Source of the DNA: Actinomycetota bacterium
GTDB taxonomy: Bacteria; Actinomycetota; Actinomycetes; Nanopelagicales; Nanopelagicaceae
DNA length: 64,000 nt
Assembly: GCA_016870975.1 (NCBI GenBank)
Contig: VGAE01000001.1
Span: 69,637-133,636 of the forward strand
Direction of reading: 5' to 3'
Shown here: one piece after another, positions 11,748-21,582 of the stretch
Layout: each line of letters starts with the position of its first letter
Position numbering within the stretch: position 1 is the stretch's first letter
Program-made: the position numbers and the translations under genes
The notes under the pieces: model-generated
Seen by the model: the letters and a program-made list of their open reading frames with translations, nothing else
Databases searched by the model: none
Told to the model about the DNA's origin: nothing

Positions 11748-11917
11748 ACCTCGAGAACTTGGCGATCCTTATAGGTGCCACAAGTTGGACATACCGTATG
11801 TTGCAACTTAGGTTGTTGGCACTTGCTGCAATTTGCAGTTGAAGCCGGTGTAGCCTTCCAAGAGCTACGGCGGTGACGAGTACGTGAGCGCGACATCTTT
11901 CGCTTTGGTAATGGCAC
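11744..11917 (-). CDS. rpmF: 50S ribosomal protein L32 (Zn-ribbon form), absent from the ORF track because it is under 60 aa
   Basis: Hand translation gives VPLPKRKMSRSRTRHRRSSWKATPASTANCSKCQQPKLQHTVCPTCGTYKDRQVLEV (57 aa). GTG start 6 nt after AAGGAG. CxxC...CxxC present. Conserved DUF177-rpmF-rnc order. Confidence 0.9.
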   Translation of the reverse strand: MPLPKRKMSRSRTRHRRSSWKATPASTANCSKCQQPKLQHTVCPTCGTYKDRQVLEV

Positions 11918-11971
11918 GACCGACTCCTTTACTTGATTAAATTTCGGGGCGAAGTATCTCCCACGACCTAT

Positions 11972-12502
11972 CTACCTGCCAAATCGAGGGTCAGATTTCC
12001 ACTCAGAGAGACCCCTCCAGCGTGGGTCAATCAATTCATGCTCGTGGCCGCCAGGCAGATTTTCCCATTTCTCCCCACATCCACTGCAGAGACCTCGGCA
12101 ATTCTTGCTACAAATTGGATTTATCGGAAGCGCGAGTATTACCGCATCTCGAATTGGGATTTCTAGATCAGCGATATCGCCTTCCATTGTAAATTCTTCA
12201 TCTTCATCTGCGCGATTCTCGTAGAAGAATAACTCTTGAAAGTTCTGATTAATTTCGATTGTCATGGGGTCAAGGCATCGCCCGCATTCGCCCACCGCTT
12301 TACCGGTGATTATCCCGGTGACGAGAATTCCATCAGATACTGATTCCGCTTTGAGTGTTATGAGTATGGGAAATTTGACTGGTATTTCAATCATGGGATT
12401 GCCAATCGATTCAGGCGCAGCAAAATCCAAACGGAAATCTTTGAAATCGCCGGCCCGTCTTGGCAGTTCGTGAAGGTTTAACTTGTAAGGGGAAGTCGTC
12501 AT
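11972..12502 (-). CDS. DUF177 (YceD-like) protein
   Basis: 176 aa with cysteine clusters CGRCLDP and CSKNCRGLCSGCGE. Lies immediately upstream of rpmF, as YceD does. Confidence 0.8.
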   Translation of the reverse strand: MTTSPYKLNLHELPRRAGDFKDFRLDFAAPESIGNPMIEIPVKFPILITLKAESVSDGILVTGIITGKAVGECGRCLDPMTIEINQNFQELFFYENRADEDEEFTMEGDIADLEIPIRDAVILALPINPICSKNCRGLCSGCGEKWENLPGGHEHELIDPRWRGLSEWKSDPRFGR

Positions 12503-12982
12503 TTAATCTTTAGATAGTTGGGAAAGCACATCTTTATCACTTGCGCCAGCAAGCCGTTCCCGACCTCGATTCACTGCATCTAAGGTCTTATTTAGAATCA
12601 CCTCCAGAGTGGCCAACCTAGAATCGATGTAGGCATCAACTTCTTCACGCTCCCGCTCAACTTTATTGTGAGCTTCGTCGACTAATCGCGCCGCCTCTTC
12701 TCGGGCCGCTGCGACTATGGAGGTCTGTTCTACCATCCTTGCAACTTCCTCACGCGCATGCGCGATTAGTTGCTCCGCACTCTGGCGTCCCTCCTCAATT
12801 ATCTGCTCGCGATGTGCCAAAAGTTTCTTCGCGCTCGCAAAGTCATTTGGAAGGGACTTCGAAATCTCATCGAGAGCACCTAAGAGCTCTCCTCTATGAA
12901 TTACACATGAAGCAGAAAGAGGAACGGCTCTAGACTCTTTTACCAAAGTTACGGCAGCCTCTAACTTTTCTAGTGATTCCAT
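12503..12982 (-). CDS. Conserved coiled-coil protein of unknown function (DivIVA or ATP-synthase-b-like in composition)
   Basis: 159 aa, Glu/Arg/Ala-rich with heptad-like sequence. Tightly packed between coaD and DUF177 with a 1-nt overlap to coaD. Function unknown. Confidence 0.6.
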   Translation of the reverse strand: MESLEKLEAAVTLVKESRAVPLSASCVIHRGELLGALDEISKSLPNDFASAKKLLAHREQIIEEGRQSAEQLIAHAREEVARMVEQTSIVAAAREEAARLVDEAHNKVEREREEVDAYIDSRLATLEVILNKTLDAVNRGRERLAGASDKDVLSQLSKD

Positions 12983-13479
12983 CAGTTGCCTTTCCCTCCA
13001 TGGGTAGAGCGGGCTTTCAATTCTTTTAGTACGCCCACTGGGACAAGTGCAGAAACATCTCCTCCGTAACGAGCAATTTCACGTACCAACGACGAACTAA
13101 GGAATGAGTATGCAGGTTTTGTGGCCATCAATAAAGTATCAACCCCCTTGAGTTGTAAATTCATCTGTGCCATCTGGAGTTCGTAGTCAAAATCACTTAC
13201 AGCCCGCAACCCTTTGATGATAGCGCCAATGTTGTTGGCCTTGCAATAATCAACTAGGAGTCCACTCCAAGTATCAACTGTGACATTTGGAATATGAGAT
13301 ATGGCATCTTTTGCTAAAACAAGTCTCTCATCGATTGAAAATAAGCCCGTCTTTGAGGAATTGGCAAGAACGGCAATAACCACTTGGTCAAAGAGTCCGC
13401 TAGCTCTTTCAATGACATCAATATGTCCATTGGTGATTGGATCAAAAGATCCCGGGCAGACAGCTTTCCTCATGGGCAA
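12982..13479 (-). CDS. coaD: Phosphopantetheine adenylyltransferase
   Basis: CPGSFDPITNGHID motif. An alternative ATG at 13473 gives MRKAVCPG. Confidence 0.95.
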   Translation of the reverse strand: MPMRKAVCPGSFDPITNGHIDVIERASGLFDQVVIAVLANSSKTGLFSIDERLVLAKDAISHIPNVTVDTWSGLLVDYCKANNIGAIIKGLRAVSDFDYELQMAQMNLQLKGVDTLLMATKPAYSFLSSSLVREIARYGGDVSALVPVGVLKELKARSTHGGKGN

Positions 13480-13482
13480 ACG

Positions 13483-14049
13483 CTAACACGCCTCGGCATA
13501 GAAGATTGTGGCAGCCCCATATTTACGCTCTTTCAACAAGGTAAATTCCTTTGGCCAATTAATTGGCTTACTTTTAGAATCTCTTTCAATTGCGATTATT
13601 GAGCCCCTCTTAAGAAATCCACTACTTGAAAGTAGATTCAAAACTTCAATTACCTCACTCATAGTTGCATCATATGGAGGATCAAGAAAGACGATATCAA
13701 ATTTACTTTGCGCAGGTTGTTCAAGAAATCTCTTTACTGGACTTTGAATAATTTTGCTAGTGCCAACGCCGTGAATTTTACTTAGTAATTCGTGGTTACT
13801 TTTTGCAACTTCGACTGCTTTTGCATCTTGATCAACTCCTTGAACAAAAGCTGCGCCGCGGGAGAGCGCCTCGGCGCCCACAGCGCCAGAGCCACAATAA
13901 AGGTCCATGAAACTCAAATCGGAGATGGATCCGAATTCTGATTCTAAAGTAGAAAAAAGTGCTTCTCTGGCCCGATCCGAAGTGGGCCTCACACCTTCTT
14001 TTGGTGAAATAAGATTTCGACCTTTAGCAAGTCCGGCAATAATTCTCAT
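13483..14049 (-). CDS. rsmD: 16S rRNA (guanine966-N2)-methyltransferase RsmD
   Basis: 188 aa with a SAM-binding DLYCGSGAVG and FLDPPY motif. Conserved neighbour of coaD. Confidence 0.85.
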   Translation of the reverse strand: MRIIAGLAKGRNLISPKEGVRPTSDRAREALFSTLESEFGSISDLSFMDLYCGSGAVGAEALSRGAAFVQGVDQDAKAVEVAKSNHELLSKIHGVGTSKIIQSPVKRFLEQPAQSKFDIVFLDPPYDATMSEVIEVLNLLSSSGFLKRGSIIAIERDSKSKPINWPKEFTLLKERKYGAATIFYAEAC

Positions 14050-16259
14050 TATTTCTTCTCCAAATATGAAGCGCGTTCTTCTTGGCGTAACTTATCAACT
14101 TCAACAAGCAGTCTCGGATTGTTTCTCAGCGCTTCATCGGAATCAATCAATTTAGTTGCTACTTGTCGCGCCTCAATAATTAAAGATTCATCACGAATGA
14201 CTCTGAGTAGTCGTAAGTGCGAAGTTGCTCCAGATTGTGCACTTCCTAGTACATCGCCCTCGCGGCGCTGTTCAAGATCCAAACGACTGAGTTCGAAACC
14301 ATCTGTAGTTGACGCTACAGCTTTTAGACGGAGCGCTGCTTCGCTTTCAGGCGTAGCGCTCGTTACCAAAATGCACAGCCCTGGTGTCTGACCGCGTCCA
14401 ACGCGGCCGCGCAACTGATGAAGTTGGGATACGCCAAATCTCTCTGCATCCAAAATGACCATCATTGAAGCATTAGGGACATCAACACCAACCTCAATCA
14501 CCGTGGTTGATACAAGAACGTCGATTTCGTGAGCTTGAAAAGCATTCATTGTGGACTCTTTCTCATCGGAATGAAGTTGTCCATGAAGTATGGCGATTCG
14601 TAGACCCTTTAGTATCTGATCGCGCAATTTAGGAAAGATATCCGTAACTGAATTTGCCGGTTGAGAAAATTGCAACTCTGGATCACCGGATAGGCGCTTC
14701 ATACGCTTTAACTCATCACTGCTTAATCCAAAGTTAGTGAAATCAGAATCATCCGTTGGTGAAATTTTTGGTGCGACTACATAAACCTGGTGGCCATTAG
14801 CAACTTCCTCCCGAACTCTTTGCCAGGTTCTTTCCATCAATTTAGGTTCAGCCAATGAATTTACGACATGAGTTTGGATTGGGGTTCTTCCTAAAGGTAG
14901 TTCATCTAAAGTTGAAACATCAAGATCGCCGAATACCGTCATGGCTACTGTTCTGGGGATTGGAGTGGCGGTCATAACCAGAATGTGTGGTGGATATTCT
15001 GATTTACTTCGAAGCACATCTCTCTGTTCGACGCCAAATCTATGTTGTTCATCAATCACGACGAGTTCTAAGTCCTTGAACTTCAATTCTTCATTTAGGA
15101 GTGAATGTGTGCCGACGAGAATATCTATTTCGCCGCTCTTGGAAAGGCTCAAAATTTCTTTTCGCTCGACGTTCGTTGAGGATCCAGTGAGTAATTCAAT
15201 CCGCACACCGTCCATGGATCCATCCAATGCACCTCTTTTAGCAAGGTCACCCAACATCCGTGTAAACGTTTTGAAATGCTGTTGAGCCAGTACTTCTGTT
15301 GGAGCTAATAGAGCGGACTGTCCACCCTTAACCGCTAACATAGCTCTTAAGGCAATAACGGTTTTTCCCGAACCGACATCACCCTGTAGCAATCTATACA
15401 TTGGTGAGTCGCCTTCCAGATCAGAACATATCTCGACCCAAACTCTCAATTGCGCCGCGGTCAATTTGAAATTCAGCGATTCATCAAAACGCGCTAACAA
15501 TTCAGAATTCACCTTAGAAGGTATTTTGGATTGACTTTTCCTAATCTCTCTCTTGCGGAGCAACAAAAATAGCTGCATGGCTAAAGCTTCATCAAATGTC
15601 AGGCGATAGATGGCCTTTTCTACAGCTTGTAAATCTGTTGGCTGATGAACTTCTCTAAGTGATTTAGAGAGACTTGGTAGATTCAGTTGAGTCTGAACTT
15701 GACTTGGTAATGGATCTTCTAAATCTTCAATATTTACTAAAGCCAACGAGACGCATTGCGCGATCTTCCATGAGGGAAGTTTGCGCGTAGCTTTATAGAC
15801 CGGCAGATATTTACCTGCAAACTCACTTGCTGCTGATTGAGAATCTTCACCTTCGGGAATCAATAGATAGTCAGGATGAGCCAATTGACGTTGATTCTTG
15901 TACTGACTCACTTTGCCAGCAAACAAACCTTCGCGTCCTTCGCGTAAATCCTTGATTCGCCAAGCTTGATTGAAGAATGTCAGTAGAAGTTTTTCTGAGC
16001 CATCAGATACAACTACTTCAAGAATCCCACCTTTGCGACCAGGTATTTTCTTGATTTTACAACTAGCGATTTGCGCCAAAATTGTGACTTCATCTCCATC
16101 TTTCAATAAATTAAAATCAGTTAATTGACCTCGAACTACATAACGTCGCGGATAATGACGGAGAATGTCTTCAACTGTTGCCAAGCCCAGTTCTTCATAT
16201 AGAACCTTGGCGGTTCGATCGCCCACGACGAGGCTTGATTTAGAACTTAGGTCAACCAT
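14049..16259 (-). CDS. recG: ATP-dependent DNA helicase RecG
   Basis: 736 aa. Wedge/OB N-terminus, Walker A GDVGSGKT, DEQHRFG box, QLHQLRGRVGRG motif VI. Confidence 0.95.
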   Translation of the reverse strand: MVDLSSKSSLVVGDRTAKVLYEELGLATVEDILRHYPRRYVVRGQLTDFNLLKDGDEVTILAQIASCKIKKIPGRKGGILEVVVSDGSEKLLLTFFNQAWRIKDLREGREGLFAGKVSQYKNQRQLAHPDYLLIPEGEDSQSAASEFAGKYLPVYKATRKLPSWKIAQCVSLALVNIEDLEDPLPSQVQTQLNLPSLSKSLREVHQPTDLQAVEKAIYRLTFDEALAMQLFLLLRKREIRKSQSKIPSKVNSELLARFDESLNFKLTAAQLRVWVEICSDLEGDSPMYRLLQGDVGSGKTVIALRAMLAVKGGQSALLAPTEVLAQQHFKTFTRMLGDLAKRGALDGSMDGVRIELLTGSSTNVERKEILSLSKSGEIDILVGTHSLLNEELKFKDLELVVIDEQHRFGVEQRDVLRSKSEYPPHILVMTATPIPRTVAMTVFGDLDVSTLDELPLGRTPIQTHVVNSLAEPKLMERTWQRVREEVANGHQVYVVAPKISPTDDSDFTNFGLSSDELKRMKRLSGDPELQFSQPANSVTDIFPKLRDQILKGLRIAILHGQLHSDEKESTMNAFQAHEIDVLVSTTVIEVGVDVPNASMMVILDAERFGVSQLHQLRGRVGRGQTPGLCILVTSATPESEAALRLKAVASTTDGFELSRLDLEQRREGDVLGSAQSGATSHLRLLRVIRDESLIIEARQVATKLIDSDEALRNNPRLLVEVDKLRQEERASYLEKK

Positions 16260-16383
16260 GCTTCATTCTCCAATAGCGACGGCCTAAAGTCTGGAAAGCC
16301 CCTAATTTTCCGCATTGATTGGCGTTGGTTGGCGATCTCCGGCTAATCTTGCGTTCTCAAAACCGTGCTTTAGGAGTTTAGCC

Positions 16384-16569
16384 ATGGCATCAGTCTGCGA
16401 CGTGTGTGGAAAAGGACCTAGCTTTGGCAACAATGTCTCCCACTCTAAGCGTCGTACCAGGCGCCGCTGGAACCCGAATATTCAGCCAGTTAAAACACTG
16501 ATTAATGGTTATGCGAAGCGAAAGAATGTATGCACTTCTTGCTTGAAAGCTGGAAAAGTAACTCGCTAG
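16384..16569 (+). CDS. rpmB: 50S ribosomal protein L28 (Zn-ribbon form)
   Basis: [34 protein letters not shown] is the L28 core. The ATG at 16384 follows AGGAG. The track ORF starting at 16315 is an upstream over-extension. Confidence 0.9.
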   Translation: MASVCDVCGKGPSFGNNVSHSKRRTRRRWNPNIQPVKTLINGYAKRKNVCTSCLKAGKVTR

Positions 16570-17471
16570 TTCTTCCATCTGTGCTCAAAGCCAGATATTG
16601 AAATCGCTTTATCGTCCAAAAAAACGCCAGTTCCGGACTCAACTCTCCCTATTTCTATAAATCCTTCGAGAGCCTCGCTGCAAGTTCCAAGAAGTTTGTG
16701 ATCTTCTCCTCCGTTTAAAACCCAATTCAGATATTTTTCTGAGTTTAGTAAGCGCAGCGGACTCGACCTCATATTCTCTGTGTAGAGATTAATTCTTACC
16801 CCACTAGCTTGAGCTATTCGCAATGCATCTTGTAGCAATCCATCGCTAGTATCTATTGCCGAGTTTAACTTTCCCATTGATTCCCTGTATTTCTGATAAT
16901 TTATCGAGGGGGCAAGATGTTGACTCATAAGGTCTTTTGCCATCTCACTTGAGATGGCGGCATCGCTCTGAAGTAAATGTAAACCGGCTGCGGACGCGCC
17001 TGGTAACTCCGATATAACAACGCGATCACCGATTTTCGCTCCACTTCGCCTCACAGGTTTTGAAACATCACCGAGCGCTGTGACCGAAATGGTCAATTCG
17101 CTTCCAGTTGATAAATCTCCGCCGATGACTGTTGCGCCGACTAGGTCAGCTTCGTTTGCAATTCCATCTGCAATTTCCAGGGCACCAGCTAGGTGGCGAT
17201 CAGGAAGTATGAGAGCGACAAGTAAGTACCTTGGTACTCCCCCCATAGCAAAAATATCAGCGATATTTGCAGCTGTAACTTTTCGACCGATCTGAAGATA
17301 ACTACTCCAATCACATCTAAAGTGAACATTTTCAACTGCTACATCTGTTACTACAACTTGTTTTCCATTGGGAACAAATACTGCCCCATCATCGCCAATT
17401 CCGATCTCCAAAAATTGACTACATCTTGAGAAACGTTTCCTTATTTCTTCAAGCAGCTCAGATTCGAGCAT
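16566..17471 (-). CDS. thiL: Thiamine-monophosphate kinase
   Basis: 301 aa with an AIR-synthase-like fold signature ([14 protein letters not shown]). Conserved position next to rpmB and ddl. Confidence 0.85.
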   Translation of the reverse strand: MLESELLEEIRKRFSRCSQFLEIGIGDDGAVFVPNGKQVVVTDVAVENVHFRCDWSSYLQIGRKVTAANIADIFAMGGVPRYLLVALILPDRHLAGALEIADGIANEADLVGATVIGGDLSTGSELTISVTALGDVSKPVRRSGAKIGDRVVISELPGASAAGLHLLQSDAAISSEMAKDLMSQHLAPSINYQKYRESMGKLNSAIDTSDGLLQDALRIAQASGVRINLYTENMRSSPLRLLNSEKYLNWVLNGGEDHKLLGTCSEALEGFIEIGRVESGTGVFLDDKAISISGFEHRWKN

Positions 17472-17473
17472 AT

Positions 17474-18541
17474 CTATCGGATTACGTTTTTAGAGCGCTG
17501 TAGCGCACTTGTAATTAATTGAGTTATTAATTCGGAATAACTCTTGTCTGTTGCTTGCCATAGCATCGGGAAAACAGAGCGTGGTGTAAAACCTGGCATC
17601 GTATTCAATTCGTTAATTACGATTTTTTCATCTTCCGTTAAGAAAAAATCAACTCTTGCTAGACCTTCACAACCAAGGGCAGAGAAAGCGGCTATTGCGG
17701 CTGAGCGAATTCTCTCTGTTAGAGAGGTGGATAAATCAGCTGGAATCTCAAAATTGGTTGATCCATCTAAATACTTCGCTTCGAAATCATAGAATTCATG
17801 TGGCGGATTTACTTTAATCTCGGCAAGGACTGAGGCTTGCGGTCTGCCATCAATCTCTAAAACTGCACACTCTATTTCTCGTCCTGTGATTGCAACTTCC
17901 GCCATCACTTTAGGGTCAAATTTATGAGCTGAATCAATCGCGGTCTCAATCTGAGATGAATCCTTTACTTTGTAAGTACCACGACTTGATCCACTCCTGG
18001 CTGGTTTTATAAATAAAGGGAAACCTAGAGCGGACACTTTCGCTACCTCTAAAGATTTATTGGAGCGCCAATCCTTTTCATGCACGGTGATCCCGTCGGC
18101 GACATCCATTCCAAAATCTGCGTAGATTGGCTTAGCAAATGTTTTGTCCATAGCGACCGATGAGGCAAGTACCCCAGAACCAACATAAGGAATATCAAAC
18201 ATCTCAAGTAGACCTTGAATTGTTCCATCTTCCCCATATGCACCATGAAGAAGAGGGAATACAACATCTATACCTATAGATTTCTTGGAGTCCGAAAGAA
18301 AGCCATCATTTCCGAAACTTAAGTTACTAGCTATATCTGGAACCGAGGGAAGTCCGGATTCGCCATCAACAAACTCGGATGAGCCTTGTAGATGAATCAA
18401 AGCTCCAGCCCTGCTAATTCCAATAAGAATTGGTTCAAATTCTCTCTTGTCGATAGCGGCGATGACCCCCAATGCAGAGATGCAGGAAATCTCGTGTTCG
18501 CTACTTCGACCACCACAGATTATGGCAACGCGTTTTTTCAC
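17474..18541 (-). CDS. ddl: D-alanine--D-alanine ligase
   Basis: 355 aa with GGRSSEHEIS at the N-terminus. ATP-grasp motifs, including EINTMPGFT-like NELNTMPGFT. Confidence 0.95.
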   Translation of the reverse strand: MKKRVAIICGGRSSEHEISCISALGVIAAIDKREFEPILIGISRAGALIHLQGSSEFVDGESGLPSVPDIASNLSFGNDGFLSDSKKSIGIDVVFPLLHGAYGEDGTIQGLLEMFDIPYVGSGVLASSVAMDKTFAKPIYADFGMDVADGITVHEKDWRSNKSLEVAKVSALGFPLFIKPARSGSSRGTYKVKDSSQIETAIDSAHKFDPKVMAEVAITGREIECAVLEIDGRPQASVLAEIKVNPPHEFYDFEAKYLDGSTNFEIPADLSTSLTERIRSAAIAAFSALGCEGLARVDFFLTEDEKIVINELNTMPGFTPRSVFPMLWQATDKSYSELITQLITSALQRSKNVIR

Positions 18542-19542
18542 GATTCTTCTATCTCCGCTCCGGTTGCAACCTGCATCAATTGAATGATTGCCTCCGTTGG
18601 GGTTATTTTATTGGTAACTACTTCAGAGACCGCTTCCATGATCGGCACTTCAATGCCGACAGAGTGCGCCAATTCGACTAGCGAACTAGCGGTCGAAACT
18701 CCTTCAACGGTAGATGAGACGCTTTTTACCGCGCTATCCATGGAACCTGTTTTCCCAAGAGCCTCGCCAAAGGTGCGATTTCGAGAGAGCGAAGAACCGC
18801 ATGTTGCTAGCAGATCTCCAACGCCAGCAAGACCCACAAAAGTTAATGGTCGCGCACCGCGAGCCATGCCAAGTCGCGTCAATTCATTTAGACCTCGAGT
18901 AATGACTAGGGCCTGTGTATTTTCTCCAAATCCCATACCTATAGACATTCCTACTGCGAGGGCAATTACATTTTTGGCCGCGCCAGCTAATTCGCATCCC
19001 ACAACATCTGTGGATGTGTACACGCGAAAGTAGGGTGCGCTAAAGAGTTGGGCGGTGGCATCTGCTAATGCCTGCGATTCACTCGCAGCCACCGCTCCGA
19101 CTGGCTGGCGCAGCACCACTTCCCGGGCGAGATTTGGTCCAGTAAGGATTGCAATCTCCTCTGAGTTTATTTCTAGTGCGTCTTGGACGACCTCACTCAT
19201 ACGCAAGTGCGAACCTAACTCAACTCCCTTTAGCGTTGAGATAATTGGGATTCCAATTGGGAAAATCTTTTTCCACTCTGAAAGATTTTTGCGAAGGGAT
19301 TGAGAAGGGATTGCTAAGACCAAAGCACCTACATCTTGAAACGCCACTTCAATCTCATTTGTTGCAACGATCGAGTCGGCAAGTGTTAAATCACTTAAAG
19401 CGCGCTCATTGATGTGCTTGGTATTAATTTCTTTCACCACTTCTTTGTTGCGTCCCCACAGAATTACTTCATTACCAGCATCAGTTAGCACTTGCGCCAA
19501 AGTGGTGCCCCACTGACCAGTTCCAAGAATTGAAATTCTCAT
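18538..19542 (-). CDS. gpsA: NAD(P)H-dependent glycerol-3-phosphate dehydrogenase
   Basis: 334 aa with a GTGQWGTTLA Rossmann motif and the conserved NVIALAVGM region. Confidence 0.95.
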   Translation of the reverse strand: MRISILGTGQWGTTLAQVLTDAGNEVILWGRNKEVVKEINTKHINERALSDLTLADSIVATNEIEVAFQDVGALVLAIPSQSLRKNLSEWKKIFPIGIPIISTLKGVELGSHLRMSEVVQDALEINSEEIAILTGPNLAREVVLRQPVGAVAASESQALADATAQLFSAPYFRVYTSTDVVGCELAGAAKNVIALAVGMSIGMGFGENTQALVITRGLNELTRLGMARGARPLTFVGLAGVGDLLATCGSSLSRNRTFGEALGKTGSMDSAVKSVSSTVEGVSTASSLVELAHSVGIEVPIMEAVSEVVTNKITPTEAIIQLMQVATGAEIEES

Positions 19543-20312
19543 CGAACCCTCTTGAAATTACCAGTTCTTGGTAAATCTGATTTCTTCGGATCAAGTTTCA
19601 CCTTCGGCGCGCTTTCGCCACGCAAAAGCTCTAGCAATTTTGCTATCTCATCCATAATGGCATCAGTCGCCGCTGCAATATCGGCCGGTCTATCACTACC
19701 TCGCCATTTATCTAAATTAATTTGATCACCCATAATCACTGAAACTTTAGTGCGCGGAAAAAGTTTAATCTTTCGGCCATAAGGCGGAATAACTACTTGA
19801 GGTCCCCAAGAGGCGCATGGATAAACCGGAACTCCGGTCATCAGCGCCAGACGCGCAACGCCAGTCTTGGCGCGCATCGGCCATAAGTTTTCATCTCTAG
19901 TTAGCGTTCCTTCGGGATAAACCCCAAGGAGATGGCCCGCTCTAAGAACAGCAATTGCATGTTCAAAGCCCAGGACAGCATCTTTACTCTCGCGCTTAAC
20001 CGGAATCTGGCCTGCCGATTTAATGAACCAACCAATGAAAGGAACCTTGAATACCGCTTCTTTGCCTAAGTATCTAGGTGCTCGGCCATTGTTATAGAGA
20101 AAATGTGTAAAGGTAAGTGGATCTAAATATGAAAGATGATTACATACAACAATTGCGGCTCCAGTTTTTGGTAACTTCTCTGCGCCACGCCAATCCTTTT
20201 TGACTATTAGATTCAATAAGGGGCGGAGAACTCCGGCACCAATTCGGAACGCCCAATTAGTTCCAAGCGGCTTGCCCTTAGGCGGAGTGTAGGAAACTCG
20301 AGCGCCGCTCAT
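19539..20312 (-). CDS. plsC: 1-acyl-sn-glycerol-3-phosphate acyltransferase
   Basis: 257 aa with NHLSYLDP (HX4D) and YPEGT motifs. Overlaps the gpsA start. Confidence 0.85.
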   Translation of the reverse strand: MSGARVSYTPPKGKPLGTNWAFRIGAGVLRPLLNLIVKKDWRGAEKLPKTGAAIVVCNHLSYLDPLTFTHFLYNNGRAPRYLGKEAVFKVPFIGWFIKSAGQIPVKRESKDAVLGFEHAIAVLRAGHLLGVYPEGTLTRDENLWPMRAKTGVARLALMTGVPVYPCASWGPQVVIPPYGRKIKLFPRTKVSVIMGDQINLDKWRGSDRPADIAAATDAIMDEIAKLLELLRGESAPKVKLDPKKSDLPRTGNFKRVR

Positions 20313-20335
20313 GGATGAAGCCTAAACGCAATGGC

Positions 20336-20363
20336 AAAAGGCCACGCGCGTGAGCGCGTGGCC
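20336..20363 (-). terminator. Rho-independent terminator after hupB
   Basis: Perfect 10-bp stem GGCCACGCGC/GCGCGTGGCC (20340-20363) with a 4-nt loop. On the minus strand it is followed by TTTT (20339-20336). Lies 17 nt past the hupB stop. Confidence 0.65.
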
Positions 20364-20379
20364 TCGAACGATAAATTAC

Positions 20380-20778
20380 TTACCGCTTTCCCTTTTTCTT
20401 GCCTTTCTTGGCCTTTCCAGCCTTTTTAGCAACCTTCTTCGCTGCTTTCTTGGCCGACGGCTTTACAACTGGAGCTGGCTTTGGAGCAGGTCCAAGTTTG
20501 CGATCGCCTGAGATTACTTCCTTCAGAGCTTTTGCAGGGAGGAATCTAACCTTCTTGCTCGCCTTAATCATGATCGTTTCACCAGTAAATGGATTACGTC
20601 CTTTGCGAGCTTTGCGATCGACTTTCTTAAACTTTCCAAAGTCGTTGATTGTTACATCTTCGCCCCGTTGAATATTTCGTACGATTGAATCGAATACGAT
20701 TTCGACGGCGTGGGCGGCCTCTTTCTTGCTTCCGTTGAAGTGTGGAGCCAACGAAGCAATGAACTGGGTCTTGTTCAT
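20380..20778 (-). CDS. hupB: HU-type nucleoid protein with Lys/Ala-rich C-terminal tail
   Basis: 132 aa. HU fold (RNPFTGETIMIKASKKVRF) plus the tail PSAKKAAKKVAKKAGKAKKGKKKGKR, as in actinobacterial HupB/Hlp. AAGGGG precedes the ATG. Confidence 0.9.
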   Translation of the reverse strand: MNKTQFIASLAPHFNGSKKEAAHAVEIVFDSIVRNIQRGEDVTINDFGKFKKVDRKARKGRNPFTGETIMIKASKKVRFLPAKALKEVISGDRKLGPAPKPAPVVKPSAKKAAKKVAKKAGKAKKGKKKGKR

Positions 20779-20790
20779 TTAATCCCCTTA

Positions 20791-20820
20791 TTTACGCGTA
20801 AAGTTAAGCGTTCGCTTAAC
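20791..20820 (-). promoter_or_regulatory. Two abutting perfect palindromes in the hupB leader/promoter region
   Basis: TTTACGCGTAAA (20791-20802) is directly followed by GTTAAGCG-TT-CGCTTAAC (20803-20820). They lie 13-42 nt upstream of the hupB ATG. Function unknown: operator or 5'-UTR hairpins. Confidence 0.25.
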
Positions 20821-20974
20821 TGTGCTCACAATTTACGCACCTAAAACCGCTAATTTGTGCATCTTTTTCGGTGTGTCGCAAGAAAAGTGTATTTCAGGAG
20901 TGAGAAAAACCCCTATTTTGCAAAGGTTTTCCAAGATGTATTGAAAGTCTAAATAAAAGGTTGAGAGTATTTAA

Positions 20975-21574
20975 TCAATTAAGAATTGGCAGTGTTTTCG
21001 GCTTAAAAGCGGCGCGACCCTTTTCAAAGTTCTCAACTTCCTCAATTTTTCGAAGGGTCAAACTAATATCATCTAGACCTTCCATCAATCGCCAGCGTGT
21101 GTAATCATCCAATTCGAAATCTATAGCCCGTCCGCCATAACTAACTTTTCTCGACTGAAGATTTACATCTATCTGAGTATTTGGGTCCTTCTCAATTGCG
21201 TTCCACAGAGCTTCAACTTCATTCTGGGGCAGAATTACAGTTAGCAGACCGCCCTTAAGTGAGTTGCCGCGAAAGATGTCGGCAAATCTTGAAGAGATAA
21301 CAACTTTAAAACCATAGTTCTGTAGCGCCCAAACCGCATGTTCGCGGGACGAGCCAGTTCCAAAGTCAACCCCGGCTACCAAGATGGTTCCGTTTTTAAA
21401 TTGCGGTTGTTTTAGAACAAACTCTGGATCACTGCGCCAAGCAGCGAATAATCCGTCTTCGAACCCAGTTCTTGTCACACGCTTTAAATAGACCGCTGGA
21501 ATGATTTGATCGGTATCAACATTGCTGCGTCTTAATGGAACTCCAGTTCCCGAATGCGAGATGAATTTTTCCAT
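20975..21574 (-). CDS. leuD: 3-isopropylmalate dehydratase small subunit
   Basis: 199 aa with GTGSSREHA-like [11 protein letters not shown]. Follows leuC. Confidence 0.95.
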   Translation of the reverse strand: MEKFISHSGTGVPLRRSNVDTDQIIPAVYLKRVTRTGFEDGLFAAWRSDPEFVLKQPQFKNGTILVAGVDFGTGSSREHAVWALQNYGFKVVISSRFADIFRGNSLKGGLLTVILPQNEVEALWNAIEKDPNTQIDVNLQSRKVSYGGRAIDFELDDYTRWRLMEGLDDISLTLRKIEEVENFEKGRAAFKPKTLPILN

Positions 21575-21582
21575 TATTTCTC

